In this document: positions 19,920 to 29,911 of the stretch, in pieces | How the letters are laid out: each line of letters begins with the position of its first letter | How positions within the stretch are numbered: the first letter of the stretch is position 1 | Assembly (NCBI GenBank): GCA_035310365.1 | Contig: DATGEI010000019.1 | Span: 27,784 to 91,783, forward strand | Source of the DNA: Candidatus Acidiferrum sp. | GTDB taxonomy: Bacteria > Acidobacteriota > Terriglobia > Acidiferrales > UBA7541 | Reading direction: 5' to 3' | Length of the DNA: 64,000 bases | Notes under the pieces: model-generated | Seen by the model: only the letters and a program-made list of their open reading frames with translations | What the model was told of the DNA's origin: nothing | Database searches by the model: none | Made by a program: the position numbers and the translations under genes

Positions 19920-21438
19920 ACTGCGCGGCTCGCGAGGAGACTTAACGACTAATTGGATCGGACTTCTTTTGAAGGCCGCACCGCTCATGGTTGTTTGTGC
20001 GGCTGCGACTTCCGTTTGCGCGCATGTGCAAGCGCAATCCTTGCCAGGGATGCAGATGCCGGCTGGCGATCGCGCCGAGCAACATCATGAAGGGACGCAG
20101 CCGAAATTGGACGCGCTGCCGCGGTTTGGGCAAGCGCAGCGAGATTCGCACACGAAATTGTTTGCGCTCGAAGAGGCGCAGCAAATCGCGCGGCAGAAAA
20201 ATCCAACCTTGCGGCAAGCCGAAGCGGGAATTAGGGCGGCACGAGCGCGTGAACAGCAGGCGGGACTTTTGCCGAATCCAATCGTCGGATATTCCGGTGA
20301 CGAAATTCGCGGCGGAGAAACGGGCGGCGGCAAGCAGGGATTCTTCGTCGAACAACGAATCGTGACCGCGGGAAAACTGGGGAAGGCGCGCGCCGCGTTT
20401 GCAAAGGATACCTCCCTTGCGGAGATCGAAGCGGAAGAACAAAAGATTCGCGTCGAGACGGCTGTAAAGATGGCGTTTTATCGCGTGCTTGCGGCGCAAG
20501 AATTGGCGGACGCGCGAACGCAGCTTGCGCGGATCGCAAACGAAAACGCGATTGCCGCGAAGCGATTGGGAAATGCGGGACAGGAAGACGAAACGGAGAT
20601 TCTGGAAACGGAGTTGCTGGCGCACCGGCTGATGCTCGCGCAGCGCATGCAGGAAAATACGTTGCGCGAAGAATGGCGTTCGCTCGCCGCTGCAATGGGC
20701 GATCCGGCGATGGAACGGATGACGGTTGCAGGCGATCTGGAGCATGGCTGGCCGGCATTGGCAGACGAGGAAGTTCTGGACGCGATTTCGAGGAATAGTC
20801 CGGCGGTGCGAATCGCCGATGCGGCGGCCGCGCGAAGCTCCGCGGAAATCGTTCGCGCAAACCATGAGGCAATCCCGGATCTTCGTGTACGCGGCGGATT
20901 GCTTTACAACAACGAGTTGATCGGTGCGGTGCCGCGCGCGACGGGTTGGGAAGGAATCGCGGAAGTAGGCGTCGAAATCCCAATTTTCAATCGCAACCAG
21001 GGAAATGCCGCGGCGGCCCGTGCGGAAGGCGATCGCGCCGAGGAAGAAAAGCGCCGCATCGCGCTTACGCTGCGCGAACGGGCCTCGAGTGTGCTCGATC
21101 AATATTCGAATGCGCGTTTGATGGTGGAACAATACGAACAAGAAATCTTGCCTCGCGCGCGGAAAGCCTACGCGTTGATGGAACAACGGCACGGCGAAAT
21201 GCTGGCTTCATTGCCGCGCGTGTTGGAAATGCAAAAGCGGCTGTTCGAATTGCAGACGGAATACGTCGCGGCACTCGAAAGCGTCTGGACGAACGGAATC
21301 GCGCTGCAAGGATTCCTGCTGACGGACGGACTCGAGGCGCCCGCGCGGCCCGGCGAAATGGACCGGCCGATCCGCGAAACGAATATGCCGATGCCGGAGC
21401 GAACCATGGCGCCGGAACCGGGTATGCCACGGCCCTGA
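19909..21438 (+). CDS. TolC-family outer membrane protein (metal-associated)
   Basis: AGLLPNP and IPIFNRNQG motifs; Met/His-containing N-terminus; overlaps the oxidase stop. Confidence 0.88.
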   Translation: MNRRLRGSRGDLTTNWIGLLLKAAPLMVVCAAATSVCAHVQAQSLPGMQMPAGDRAEQHHEGTQPKLDALPRFGQAQRDSHTKLFALEEAQQIARQKNPTLRQAEAGIRAARAREQQAGLLPNPIVGYSGDEIRGGETGGGKQGFFVEQRIVTAGKLGKARAAFAKDTSLAEIEAEEQKIRVETAVKMAFYRVLAAQELADARTQLARIANENAIAAKRLGNAGQEDETEILETELLAHRLMLAQRMQENTLREEWRSLAAAMGDPAMERMTVAGDLEHGWPALADEEVLDAISRNSPAVRIADAAAARSSAEIVRANHEAIPDLRVRGGLLYNNELIGAVPRATGWEGIAEVGVEIPIFNRNQGNAAAARAEGDRAEEEKRRIALTLRERASSVLDQYSNARLMVEQYEQEILPRARKAYALMEQRHGEMLASLPRVLEMQKRLFELQTEYVAALESVWTNGIALQGFLLTDGLEAPARPGEMDRPIRETNMPMPERTMAPEPGMPRP

Positions 21439-21448
21439 GCATAAATAG

Positions 21449-24178
21449 CTACGAAACGATCATTCGGTCGAGTTGCTCGCCGATGTCCGGCGCATTGCGA
21501 TCCCAATAATGAGTGTGCGCGCCGAGGCCGATGCAGGCGTCTACGCGCGTCGCGCGGAGGTGGTCGTTATTGTCGTAAAAAATTAGTTGCTCCGCGGCGT
21601 TGGAATGCAGATCGTGCAATTCGCTCGTCGTTGGCCGAACGTAAACGTCGTTGATCCAAACCGACCGGCCAACATAGTCGCCGCTGCGATAAAAATTGAC
21701 CCATTGCTCCAATCCCAAATCCGCTGGACAGGGCGGCTCCGCAACCGGAATCAATTCTTTTGGATCGCTCGGAGCAGATGGCTTGCTCGTGTCTTCCGGA
21801 ATAGGCCGAACCCATTCGTACAGATGCGGAAAGAAGCGGCTGAGGAGCTGGCGCAGCGGGCAGCCCATGGAAAAGAAGTAGACGGGGATTGTGTCCGACT
21901 CCGATCCGGCGAACGCGAAGTTCGTCAAATCCGGTTCGCCTTGGCGGCGGAGAAACCGAAACAGATCGGCGGTGATGAGTGAGCCCAGGCTGTGCGCGAC
22001 GATGACGATGCGGTCATAAGATCGGCGGCCGTCGTTGTCGTGGCAAGAATAAAGATGATGAAGCAGCGCGGTGTAGCGCTCCACGATCTTCGCGCGAGGC
22101 GTAGCGCCCGCCGGAGAAGTGCGAAGGTAGTTGTCCACGTCGAGAATCGTATCGAGGACTGCGCTCAAGTATTTCACGAGCAGTCCGGCAAGAACGGCAG
22201 CGGACCCGGCAAGAATTCCGCCAAAGGACAATAGTTGCCCGCCACCCTTGGCCATGAGCGGCAACTTGTAGAGATACAGCAAGAATGCATCGCTACTTTC
22301 GTGCGACCAGTAATACTTCCCAATGCCATAGCCCAGTGACGCGAGCGGCACGACGAACGCCGCGATCCACAGGAAAACGATCGTCCAACGAAAGTGGCGG
22401 AACCCGGATGAGAGCCAGTCGCCCAAGAGAATCGAACGGACGTTGCTGGCGGCGCGAGCGGGAGCGATTTCGTAATAAATCGAAGGAAGCACGATGAGAA
22501 TCAGAAGAAAAAAACCGATGCCGGCGAGACCGACGGATAGAATCATCCCGGGCGGTGCGGATTGAACGATCAAACCCTCGAGGAAGACGCTGGCACTTTG
22601 CACTGCGTTGGGCGCGGCGGAAGCGGCGACAGAACCGCCGGTCGAATTCGCAGGCCTCGGCGAAGGACTCGACGGTTTCTTCACGGCGGCGAGCAGGCGA
22701 TCCGTTTGTTCGGGCGTAAGCGCCATCCATTGCACGGATTTCGGAAGCCAAATCGTTCGAGGCTTGATGCCGCTATAAAGATCCGCCCGGACGGAAACAA
22801 AGTTATACGTGGCGCTTCCGGCAAATACGGCCAACATCAGGATCAACAAAGCTGGAATTGCCACCGCGAAGCGAGCGGTACGCCCCGCGGCACGCGCGCG
22901 CGCAAGCGGCGCACCGTTCTCCGCCTTCAGACCGAGGCGCCACGAACAGATCCCCTCCATCAAAAAAGTCAGACAGGCGAGCAGCAGAAAGAACAAAACA
23001 AGTATCCGAAGAAAAAGAAAAACGTACTGCACGAGAAGCAAGGAAGTCATTCGTAGCGCGGCTTCGTCGTAAGCGCCTTGCCGCCAGAGCAGCCCGAGAA
23101 AGGCGAAAGTGACCAAGAAAATAAAGATTGCACCCAGCTGGCGCGCGCCAATGCGAACTTGGTCGTACTGGATGAAGATGATGTAAGAAATCGCCCCGCC
23201 GAGAATCCACCACTCCACGACCAGCGCGAGAGCGGTAAATTGCTGGTTAAAGTGCAGAAAGATGCTGACGATAATTCCTGAAAAAATGCCGGGGACAAGC
23301 CAGAACCACCAACTGCGCACGCCGAGAAATGGCTCTCTGCGCAGACTGAGGAAAAGGGTTCCGAGCAACGCACAAACGGAAAGAAACGCGCCCGCCACGA
23401 TCGCTCGCCGGGAATCCGCGGGAAGCAACAACGGCAAAGGCGCAAGCACGACGCCGTAGATCAGCACCATGAGCGGCAGAATGGCCAGGGTGAGCAAGCG
23501 CGTGGCGTAGGTGTAAGCGCGAAAATAAAGAAACCAATCTGGTTTGCCGATGTGTTCCAAAGCCGCCTGGTCCAGTGCAATGCGACCGAGGCTCGTGAGA
23601 TGCAATAAAAGCTGATAAAAAGAAAAAAAGAATCGCAAAAGTGAATTGTTCGGGCGCGCGAGGTCGGCCCAATACATTTCGTAAACGTGGACGTCTTTTT
23701 CGGAATTACCGGAAGAGCCGCGTCGCCGGCCATCATGCCGCCACGTGGAAAAACTATTTTGCACGGGGTCGCCTGCGAATTGATCCATCTGAATGCGCAT
23801 GAATTCCGTGGCGATATCAATATCGCGCACACTCGATTGACGTTCTTTCCGATGTTCGCCGGACTCTCCGTTTCCCCCGAACCAGGCCGCCCAGCAATAA
23901 AGATTGCGAAAAACGCCGCGTCGCTCTTCAAAGGTGGACGCGATGCCGCCTTGGTTGGCTTCTTCGATCAAGCGGATGCGTTCGGGGCTTTGCGGCGCGC
24001 GAAGCGGAATCTGCACTTGTCGAAGGGCGAACTGCGAATAGCGATTGTGTCCGTCGCGGTCGGCATCGGTTTCAAGGCCCGTCAGCAGGTCGGTGACAGC
24101 TTGCGCCGTTGCACCCGATTCATGGTGACCGACGCCGTGAATGGCGATGACGGCGAGGCGTTTTGCTTCGTTTGGCAC
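21449..24178 (-). CDS. Polytopic membrane protein with split alpha/beta-hydrolase motifs
   Basis: IAIHGVG and EMYWAD before about 11-12 hydrophobic segments; VAHSLGS, MGCPL, WVNFYRSGDYVG and AHTHYW after them. Confidence 0.75.
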   Translation of the reverse strand: MPNEAKRLAVIAIHGVGHHESGATAQAVTDLLTGLETDADRDGHNRYSQFALRQVQIPLRAPQSPERIRLIEEANQGGIASTFEERRGVFRNLYCWAAWFGGNGESGEHRKERQSSVRDIDIATEFMRIQMDQFAGDPVQNSFSTWRHDGRRRGSSGNSEKDVHVYEMYWADLARPNNSLLRFFFSFYQLLLHLTSLGRIALDQAALEHIGKPDWFLYFRAYTYATRLLTLAILPLMVLIYGVVLAPLPLLLPADSRRAIVAGAFLSVCALLGTLFLSLRREPFLGVRSWWFWLVPGIFSGIIVSIFLHFNQQFTALALVVEWWILGGAISYIIFIQYDQVRIGARQLGAIFIFLVTFAFLGLLWRQGAYDEAALRMTSLLLVQYVFLFLRILVLFFLLLACLTFLMEGICSWRLGLKAENGAPLARARAAGRTARFAVAIPALLILMLAVFAGSATYNFVSVRADLYSGIKPRTIWLPKSVQWMALTPEQTDRLLAAVKKPSSPSPRPANSTGGSVAASAAPNAVQSASVFLEGLIVQSAPPGMILSVGLAGIGFFLLILIVLPSIYYEIAPARAASNVRSILLGDWLSSGFRHFRWTIVFLWIAAFVVPLASLGYGIGKYYWSHESSDAFLLYLYKLPLMAKGGGQLLSFGGILAGSAAVLAGLLVKYLSAVLDTILDVDNYLRTSPAGATPRAKIVERYTALLHHLYSCHDNDGRRSYDRIVIVAHSLGSLITADLFRFLRRQGEPDLTNFAFAGSESDTIPVYFFSMGCPLRQLLSRFFPHLYEWVRPIPEDTSKPSAPSDPKELIPVAEPPCPADLGLEQWVNFYRSGDYVGRSVWINDVYVRPTTSELHDLHSNAAEQLIFYDNNDHLRATRVDACIGLGAHTHYWDRNAPDIGEQLDRMIVS

Positions 24179-24360
24179 AGGCCCCTCCGGGGACTTCTGG
24201 ATCCACGGGCTCTGCGTAGGGGAGAACTACGGTGCGGGTACGTTACCAAAGCGTATCGAAAATGGCAACGAAGATCTCAACGCAATCGTTCCTAACCGGC
24301 CTGTTCCCCTTGGGTTGCGCGGGGGCTTGGCGAGTGCGAAACACTGGTACTCCGGACGGA

Positions 24361-24390
24361 TTGACCCCCGGAAAAATCACTCAGTACTGT
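24361..24390 (+). promoter_or_regulatory. Putative sigma70 promoter for the kinase gene
   Basis: TTGACC-18 bp-TACTGT. Confidence 0.4.
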
Positions 24391-24500
24391 CAAAGATAAG
24401 GCGTGGTGTGGCAAAGCCTTCTGCAGTCCGGAACGGCAACGCCAAACGGTCAGTTTCTTTGATCGCTTAAGCCCTTGAAGACAGCGCCGATACTGTAACG

Positions 24501-26786
24501 ATGGTTACGCTGACCAAAGCCGGACGCTACGAAATCCAAGGCGAACTTGGACGCGGCGCGATGGGTGTCGTTTACAAGGCCGTCGATCCCGTCATTGGGC
24601 GGACGGTTGCCGTCAAAACGTTGCGCCTTTCCGAAGAAGGTACCGGCCTTTCTCGACCCGAACTTTTGAACCGATTTCAAACCGAAGCGCGCGCGGCCGG
24701 TTTGCTCACGCATCCAAACATCGTCGTGGTTTTCGACGCGGGCGAAGAAGAAGGCCTCTACTACATCACGATGGAATTGGTGGAAGGCAAGAGCCTTCAG
24801 GCGCTGCTCGATGCGGGGCAAGCGTTTCCGCTGCCGCGCGTGCTGCGCATCATGGAGCAGACTTGCAGCGCCCTGCACTTCGCGCACGAGCGCAACATCG
24901 TTCACCGCGACATCAAGCCCGCGAACCTGATGCTCACTGCCGACGACACAGTAAAAGTGACGGACTTCGGCACGGCAAAGATCCTGCAGTTCGGCACCGT
25001 GCAACAGACCGCGCACGTGATGGGCACACCGAGTTACATGTCGCCGGAACAGGTCAAGGGCCGCGTCGTCGATGGCCGCAGCGATATTTTTTCGCTCGGT
25101 GTATTGCTCTACGAAATGATCACCGGCGAAAAACCGTTTCCCGGACAAAACATCACGACGGTGATTTACAAAATTGTGAACGAGGAGCCGGTTCCGCCGC
25201 GGCAAATCGATCCTTCGATTCACTCGGGATTGAGCGCGGTGGTGATGAAAGCGTTGGCGAAGGAGCCGGCGGCTCGTTACCAAACTTGCCGCGACATGCT
25301 GGAAGACTTGAAGAACTATCGTTCGCTCGCGACAGTCGATAGTCCCTCGTCAACGGTCATGTTGACCGGCTCGCCCGAGGCAACGGTGGTCACACCCGCG
25401 TACCGGCTCGGCCGCAGCGAAGAATTGCAAACGGCGCACACCGCGCGTTCGCTGCAAGCACGAGCGGCAAGTCCATCCCAAACGCCTGCCATTCGCCGTA
25501 CTGCTGCGCTGCCGCCCGCCGCGGAAGTGCCGCGCAAAAACAGTCCATTTTTGACCATATTTCTTGGCTTGATCTTGATTGGCGTCATCTTCTTCGGATA
25601 CCGGAAAATCAAACCGGTTTTTGACGATGCGCGGCAACAAAATCAAATTCAGAACGCCTCACCAGTCGAAAAAGGTGCCGCAACGGCACCGGACGGCGAT
25701 TCCGCAGCGGCGGCGGACGGCGAAAAGCCGTCGGTTGCCTCCGACACCGCGACGGCGAACGAGAATTCGCAGCCGGCCGAATCGGCGGTTCCGCAACCAA
25801 TGAAGAAGACAAATCCACCGGCCTTGAAGGGCGCGCCGAATCCCGCGGCGCCCGGCGCGAGCGGATTTTCGGCAGCCGCAGCGGAATACAAGGGACGCAT
25901 CGAAGAGGCCGCCTCGGAAAAAGGCATCGCGGCGAAGTTAAAGATCCACGGAACCGGAAATACGTTGACGTTATCGGGCAAATTGCGTCCGGCGGAACAT
26001 GCCGACATCCTCAAATTCCTGAAAGGCGCTCCCGCGAGCCTCCAGGTGGTCGACGACATTCAGTACGACGACACACCGGTCAGCAGCGGCGGTAGCGTGG
26101 AGCCATCGTCGCATCCGGTGCCGCAGGCGGGGCGCGGCGCGATTCATGTGATTACAAATGTGGTCGGTGCAACGGCGGTCGTAACCGGCGCTTACAACTT
26201 TTCTTCGCGATGCGAAACGCCTTGCAGCTTTTCGAACCTTGAGCCGGGCGGTTACAACCTTGAAGTCAGAAAAACCGGATTTCAACCGACGCAGACCGCT
26301 TTGCAGATTCGCGCCGGGCAATCGCTCGACCAGAAAATCAATCTCGAACAGACCGCCCTCGGTTTGTACATCGTCACTCGTCCTGCCGGCGCCGACGTGT
26401 TTATTAACGGAGACAAGCAATCCGGCCAGACTCCGCTGACGATTCCCCTCGCCCCCAACACCTACAACCTTGTGCTTCGCCTGCAAGGCCACGAAGCATA
26501 CTCGCAAAGCGTCACCGTCAAAGAGAATGTCCAGGCACAACTGGATATCGAGCTGAAGGAAAAAGGCGCGCACGTGGCGTGGGCGCAGGTGGATTCAAAT
26601 CCTCCCGGTGCGGATATTTCCGTCGACGGCATTCCGACCGGCAAACAAACCCCTGCACGGGTCGAAATTAGCGCCGGCATCCATTCGATCGTTCTAAAGA
26701 AAGACGGCTACCAGGTATCGCGACGCCCGGTGGAGCTTACCGAAGGCGGAACAGTCTCCGTTAACGAAAAAATGCGGCCGAAATAG
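24501..26786 (+). CDS. Hanks-type Ser/Thr kinase with TM helix, BON-like segment and three PEGA domains
   Basis: GRGAMG, VAVK, HRDIKPAN, DFG and GTPSYMSPE motifs; TM FLTIFLGLILIGVIFFG; PEGA repeats such as TRPAGADVFING..GQTP. Confidence 0.95.
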   Translation: MVTLTKAGRYEIQGELGRGAMGVVYKAVDPVIGRTVAVKTLRLSEEGTGLSRPELLNRFQTEARAAGLLTHPNIVVVFDAGEEEGLYYITMELVEGKSLQALLDAGQAFPLPRVLRIMEQTCSALHFAHERNIVHRDIKPANLMLTADDTVKVTDFGTAKILQFGTVQQTAHVMGTPSYMSPEQVKGRVVDGRSDIFSLGVLLYEMITGEKPFPGQNITTVIYKIVNEEPVPPRQIDPSIHSGLSAVVMKALAKEPAARYQTCRDMLEDLKNYRSLATVDSPSSTVMLTGSPEATVVTPAYRLGRSEELQTAHTARSLQARAASPSQTPAIRRTAALPPAAEVPRKNSPFLTIFLGLILIGVIFFGYRKIKPVFDDARQQNQIQNASPVEKGAATAPDGDSAAAADGEKPSVASDTATANENSQPAESAVPQPMKKTNPPALKGAPNPAAPGASGFSAAAAEYKGRIEEAASEKGIAAKLKIHGTGNTLTLSGKLRPAEHADILKFLKGAPASLQVVDDIQYDDTPVSSGGSVEPSSHPVPQAGRGAIHVITNVVGATAVVTGAYNFSSRCETPCSFSNLEPGGYNLEVRKTGFQPTQTALQIRAGQSLDQKINLEQTALGLYIVTRPAGADVFINGDKQSGQTPLTIPLAPNTYNLVLRLQGHEAYSQSVTVKENVQAQLDIELKEKGAHVAWAQVDSNPPGADISVDGIPTGKQTPARVEISAGIHSIVLKKDGYQVSRRPVELTEGGTVSVNEKMRPK

Positions 26787-26829
26787 CGTGAAAAGCGAAA
26801 TGGGAGGAACGCGCACCGACTCCCGAAGT

Positions 26830-26873
26830 TGTAACTTTTTGTTACATTCCATCGCCCGTAGTTCTAGAACTAC
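26830..26873. promoter_or_regulatory. Two palindromic operator-like sites in an AT-rich intergenic region
   Basis: TGTAAC-N5-GTTACA (26830-26846) and perfect 16-bp palindrome GTAGTTCTAGAACTAC (26858-26873). Confidence 0.5.
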
Positions 26874-27042
26874 ATAAAATTCGTATTGTAAATAAAGGGC
26901 TTGCGGGGCACAGACCTCGGCAGGCATCGTGCTCGATACTTCGAAGGGTTTCTCTAACCGCAGGGTCGCGGGCAAAGAGCCTGCTTGGGCACGCCGAAAA
27001 CGCACTCAATGCGTGAGGTGAATACCGAAACCGAGGAACGTT

Positions 27043-29679
27043 GTGGCTTTCAGGGCGATTGTAAATCGGGATGATGCAAAGGACGGCTCGAAGAAGAGCG
27101 CCGAAACACCGTCAAACAATACTTCGGCATGGTCCAGCCCGGTCGCGCCCACAATTGTCTCGCCGTACTCGCCCGCCGAGCCAACCGCTTTGGACGTCCA
27201 GCGCTGCTTGAAAGACCTTCACATCCTGTTCCGCTCGGAACGCTTGTACCAACGGAATCATCCTCGCGTCCTCGAAAGCCTCGAGTCGGCTTACGAACAA
27301 CTGCGGTCGTTCGCGTTTGCGATGAACGGCATCGCGCTTCGCGTGGAGCGTAGCGCGATCGTCATCCCGAAGCTCAGCGAAGCTCCTTTGCCGGATGTGC
27401 GCGGCGAACTGCAGGCGCTCGCGGTCGAATTGCAAAGAGCCGGCATTCAAACACTGATCTTCCAACGACGATTCCATGTAGGCGAACTCGACACGCTAGC
27501 ACAGCTCTTGAAGACGGCCTTGCTAAAATCGGAAGAGTCGTCAAAGAAGAATCGCGCGTCCTGGTGGACGGCCAAACTCCTGGAGAATGGCGTGGAAGGA
27601 ATTCAAGTCAACACGCAGACGGATCGAAAAGTGGACACGATGCTGGCGAGCCTGATTGCAGCGCTCGTCGCTTTCGGCGGAAACGCACCACGCGAAAATG
27701 CCGATGCGCCCCTCTCGTTGCCGAGTCTGGATGATTTGAGCGCGGCACTGCGATTGCTCGCGCGCCTGACTCCGCCTTTGGAAGCCGCACGCGGAATTTC
27801 GCCGGAAGAAGCGGCGCGCGCCATTCACGGGGCGCTGGAAGAAGCGAGCCGTGAAACCGTGCACCTTCTGCTCAGCGCGATTTCTCAAAACGGTCCGCGC
27901 GACGCGGAAAAACCGCAGCCTTATCTCTTGCGTCTCTCCGAAACTCTTGTTCTGGAATTTATTGGCGCCGAATTCTTTCTCGGTCAGATTCCTCCGCAGT
28001 CGGTGCGCTCTTCCATCTTCAAGCTGGCGGATGTGCTCGTTACCGCCGGATCGTACAGCGGCCCGCACGCTTCGCAACATTTTTCCACGCTCTCAACAGC
28101 GTGGGCTTCGGAAAAGCACCGCGAAAAACTGCTTGAACGCTTCTGGGTAGAGCTTCCGCCGCGCGAAAAATCGGCGGTATTGCGCGGACAAGACGTTTGG
28201 TGCGTTCCGGTTTCCGCTTTACGACAATCGCTTTCGCAACTTGCAGAGGCCGGTGTCGATGCGCCGCGGCGCGAGGCACGAAACATTCTGCTGAACTTTG
28301 CGCGTCGCCTCGAAATCCAGAACGCCACCGCACGACGCCAGGTTGCCGCCGGGCTCAATGAACTTTCGCCGATCATCGAGTCACTTTGGCCGAACCAATT
28401 CCCCGAAGACTTGAGCCGGGGAACGCTTCAAGCGATGGAGACGGAAACGCAGCCAGAAACGGCCGCGCTGCTTGCGGCATTTCTCGAAACGCTTGGCCGC
28501 ATCGCGGTGACGCGCGGCGATTTCACGGGCCTGGAAAACATTTTGCTTGGTCTCGAACGGGTTCCGCGCGAACCGCAATTCGCGCACATGCAGGCCCTTG
28601 CACAACGGCTCATCGCGCAAGACCGCTGGATGCTCTTGATTGACGCAGCGTTGGCGAATCGCGCGCTGGACCCGGCCTTGCCGCGTTTGCTGCAGCGCGA
28701 TCCGGAGCGTCTGCTCGATCGCCTGACGTTGCTGCTCACCGATCCGCGTGGTTTTGAATACTTGCCGGCAATGGCCCGGCTGCTGCGCACCATCGGCGTG
28801 CCCGTTTTGAATTTGCTCGAATCGCGGCTTTACGAAGCGCGCCGCCAACGCGTCACCGCCGCCATAAAGCTTCTCTCCGCCGCCGATCCCGAACGGCTCC
28901 TGCGCGGATTGCCGCGCGCCCTCGCCAGCTGGGAATGGAATTTGCAGGACTTGGCGGTGAGCGAGCTTTCGCGCCCAGCCACTGCCGCGTCAATTCAAAG
29001 CTCGGCCTTCATTTTTTCCGCAATCCTGGCGGATGCGCACCCGCTCGTCGTTCCGATGATGATTGACCAGATCGGCCTCGCAATGGAGGCGACCGCCGTT
29101 CCCCAGATGATGGAGATTGCGGCGGGCGAACACGATATTCTTCGCGATCAATTCGTTCGCATCAAAGCGATTGAGGCGCTTGGGCGAATGCGCGCCACGG
29201 AATCGAGCGAACTACTGCGTTCCATTTGTGAAAAGCGCGAAGGTTTGACGCATGTTGAACCGGCCGGTCTACGCGCCGCCGCGGAAGACGCGCTGGCCAT
29301 GATCGAAAATCGGCCGACTTCCGCGCGCATTCGCGCCGCGTTCGAAGCCACGACGCAAGCCAGCGCCCAGTTCGTCGTTCCGCGCCGTTACACGCGCGTT
29401 CCGCTGGAATCGCCGCTGCGCGCGCAGATTGAACAAGGCGCCGCGGGGCTTGCCCGCGTAAAGACCATCAGTCTTGGCGGCGCTTACCTGGAATCGCCTA
29501 AGAAATTGACCGTCGGCGACTCCATCAAACTCGAAGTTCGCTCCGGCCTAAAGAAGATTCATTTCACGGCCGTCGTTCGCAATATCGGTCCCGACGGAAA
29601 CGGCGTGGAATTCGTCCACATGAAAGACGAAGATCGCGAAAAGCTTCGCAAGCTCGTGCAACGCCATCTGCAGTTCTAA
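27043..29679 (+). CDS. HEAT/ARM-like repeat protein with C-terminal PilZ domain
   Basis: Leu/Ala-rich helical repeats (VRIKAIEALGRM); RRYTR, TISLGG and GVEF PilZ motifs. Confidence 0.8.
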   Translation: MAFRAIVNRDDAKDGSKKSAETPSNNTSAWSSPVAPTIVSPYSPAEPTALDVQRCLKDLHILFRSERLYQRNHPRVLESLESAYEQLRSFAFAMNGIALRVERSAIVIPKLSEAPLPDVRGELQALAVELQRAGIQTLIFQRRFHVGELDTLAQLLKTALLKSEESSKKNRASWWTAKLLENGVEGIQVNTQTDRKVDTMLASLIAALVAFGGNAPRENADAPLSLPSLDDLSAALRLLARLTPPLEAARGISPEEAARAIHGALEEASRETVHLLLSAISQNGPRDAEKPQPYLLRLSETLVLEFIGAEFFLGQIPPQSVRSSIFKLADVLVTAGSYSGPHASQHFSTLSTAWASEKHREKLLERFWVELPPREKSAVLRGQDVWCVPVSALRQSLSQLAEAGVDAPRREARNILLNFARRLEIQNATARRQVAAGLNELSPIIESLWPNQFPEDLSRGTLQAMETETQPETAALLAAFLETLGRIAVTRGDFTGLENILLGLERVPREPQFAHMQALAQRLIAQDRWMLLIDAALANRALDPALPRLLQRDPERLLDRLTLLLTDPRGFEYLPAMARLLRTIGVPVLNLLESRLYEARRQRVTAAIKLLSAADPERLLRGLPRALASWEWNLQDLAVSELSRPATAASIQSSAFIFSAILADAHPLVVPMMIDQIGLAMEATAVPQMMEIAAGEHDILRDQFVRIKAIEALGRMRATESSELLRSICEKREGLTHVEPAGLRAAAEDALAMIENRPTSARIRAAFEATTQASAQFVVPRRYTRVPLESPLRAQIEQGAAGLARVKTISLGGAYLESPKKLTVGDSIKLEVRSGLKKIHFTAVVRNIGPDGNGVEFVHMKDEDREKLRKLVQRHLQF

Positions 29680-29801
29680 GAACTTCGCTCGTCAATCCGT
29701 TGCGCATCGCCGTCGCCAGGTTGGCACTTTGGTACGCGGCCGCATTCGAACCCACTCATTCACCCTAAGTCGTGTAATAACTGCCCACAATAGCAAATCA
29801 G

Positions 29802-29830
29802 TTGACGTTGCGTGAGAAGCCGAGTATTCA
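29802..29830 (+). promoter_or_regulatory. Putative sigma70 promoter for the TonB receptor gene
   Basis: TTGACG-17 bp-TATTCA; the -10 is imperfect. Confidence 0.3.
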
Positions 29831-29911
29831 TTCTCTAGACGCAATCGGCGGTCACACCGCCACCGCTAGGGGTAGCGGCCAATTATTCGGCAGTTCCAAT
29901 TGGAGGCAACT

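Noticed and set aside
17849-24400. Integrative island at tRNA-Arg
   Set aside because: No integrase, and I found no duplicated tRNA 3' end
26867-26894. dif-like site (minus strand TATTTACAATA-CGAATT-TTATGTAGTTC) in the skew transition
   Set aside because: Only TTATGTA matches the XerD arm; the XerC arm lacks the inner ATAA at 6-bp spacing
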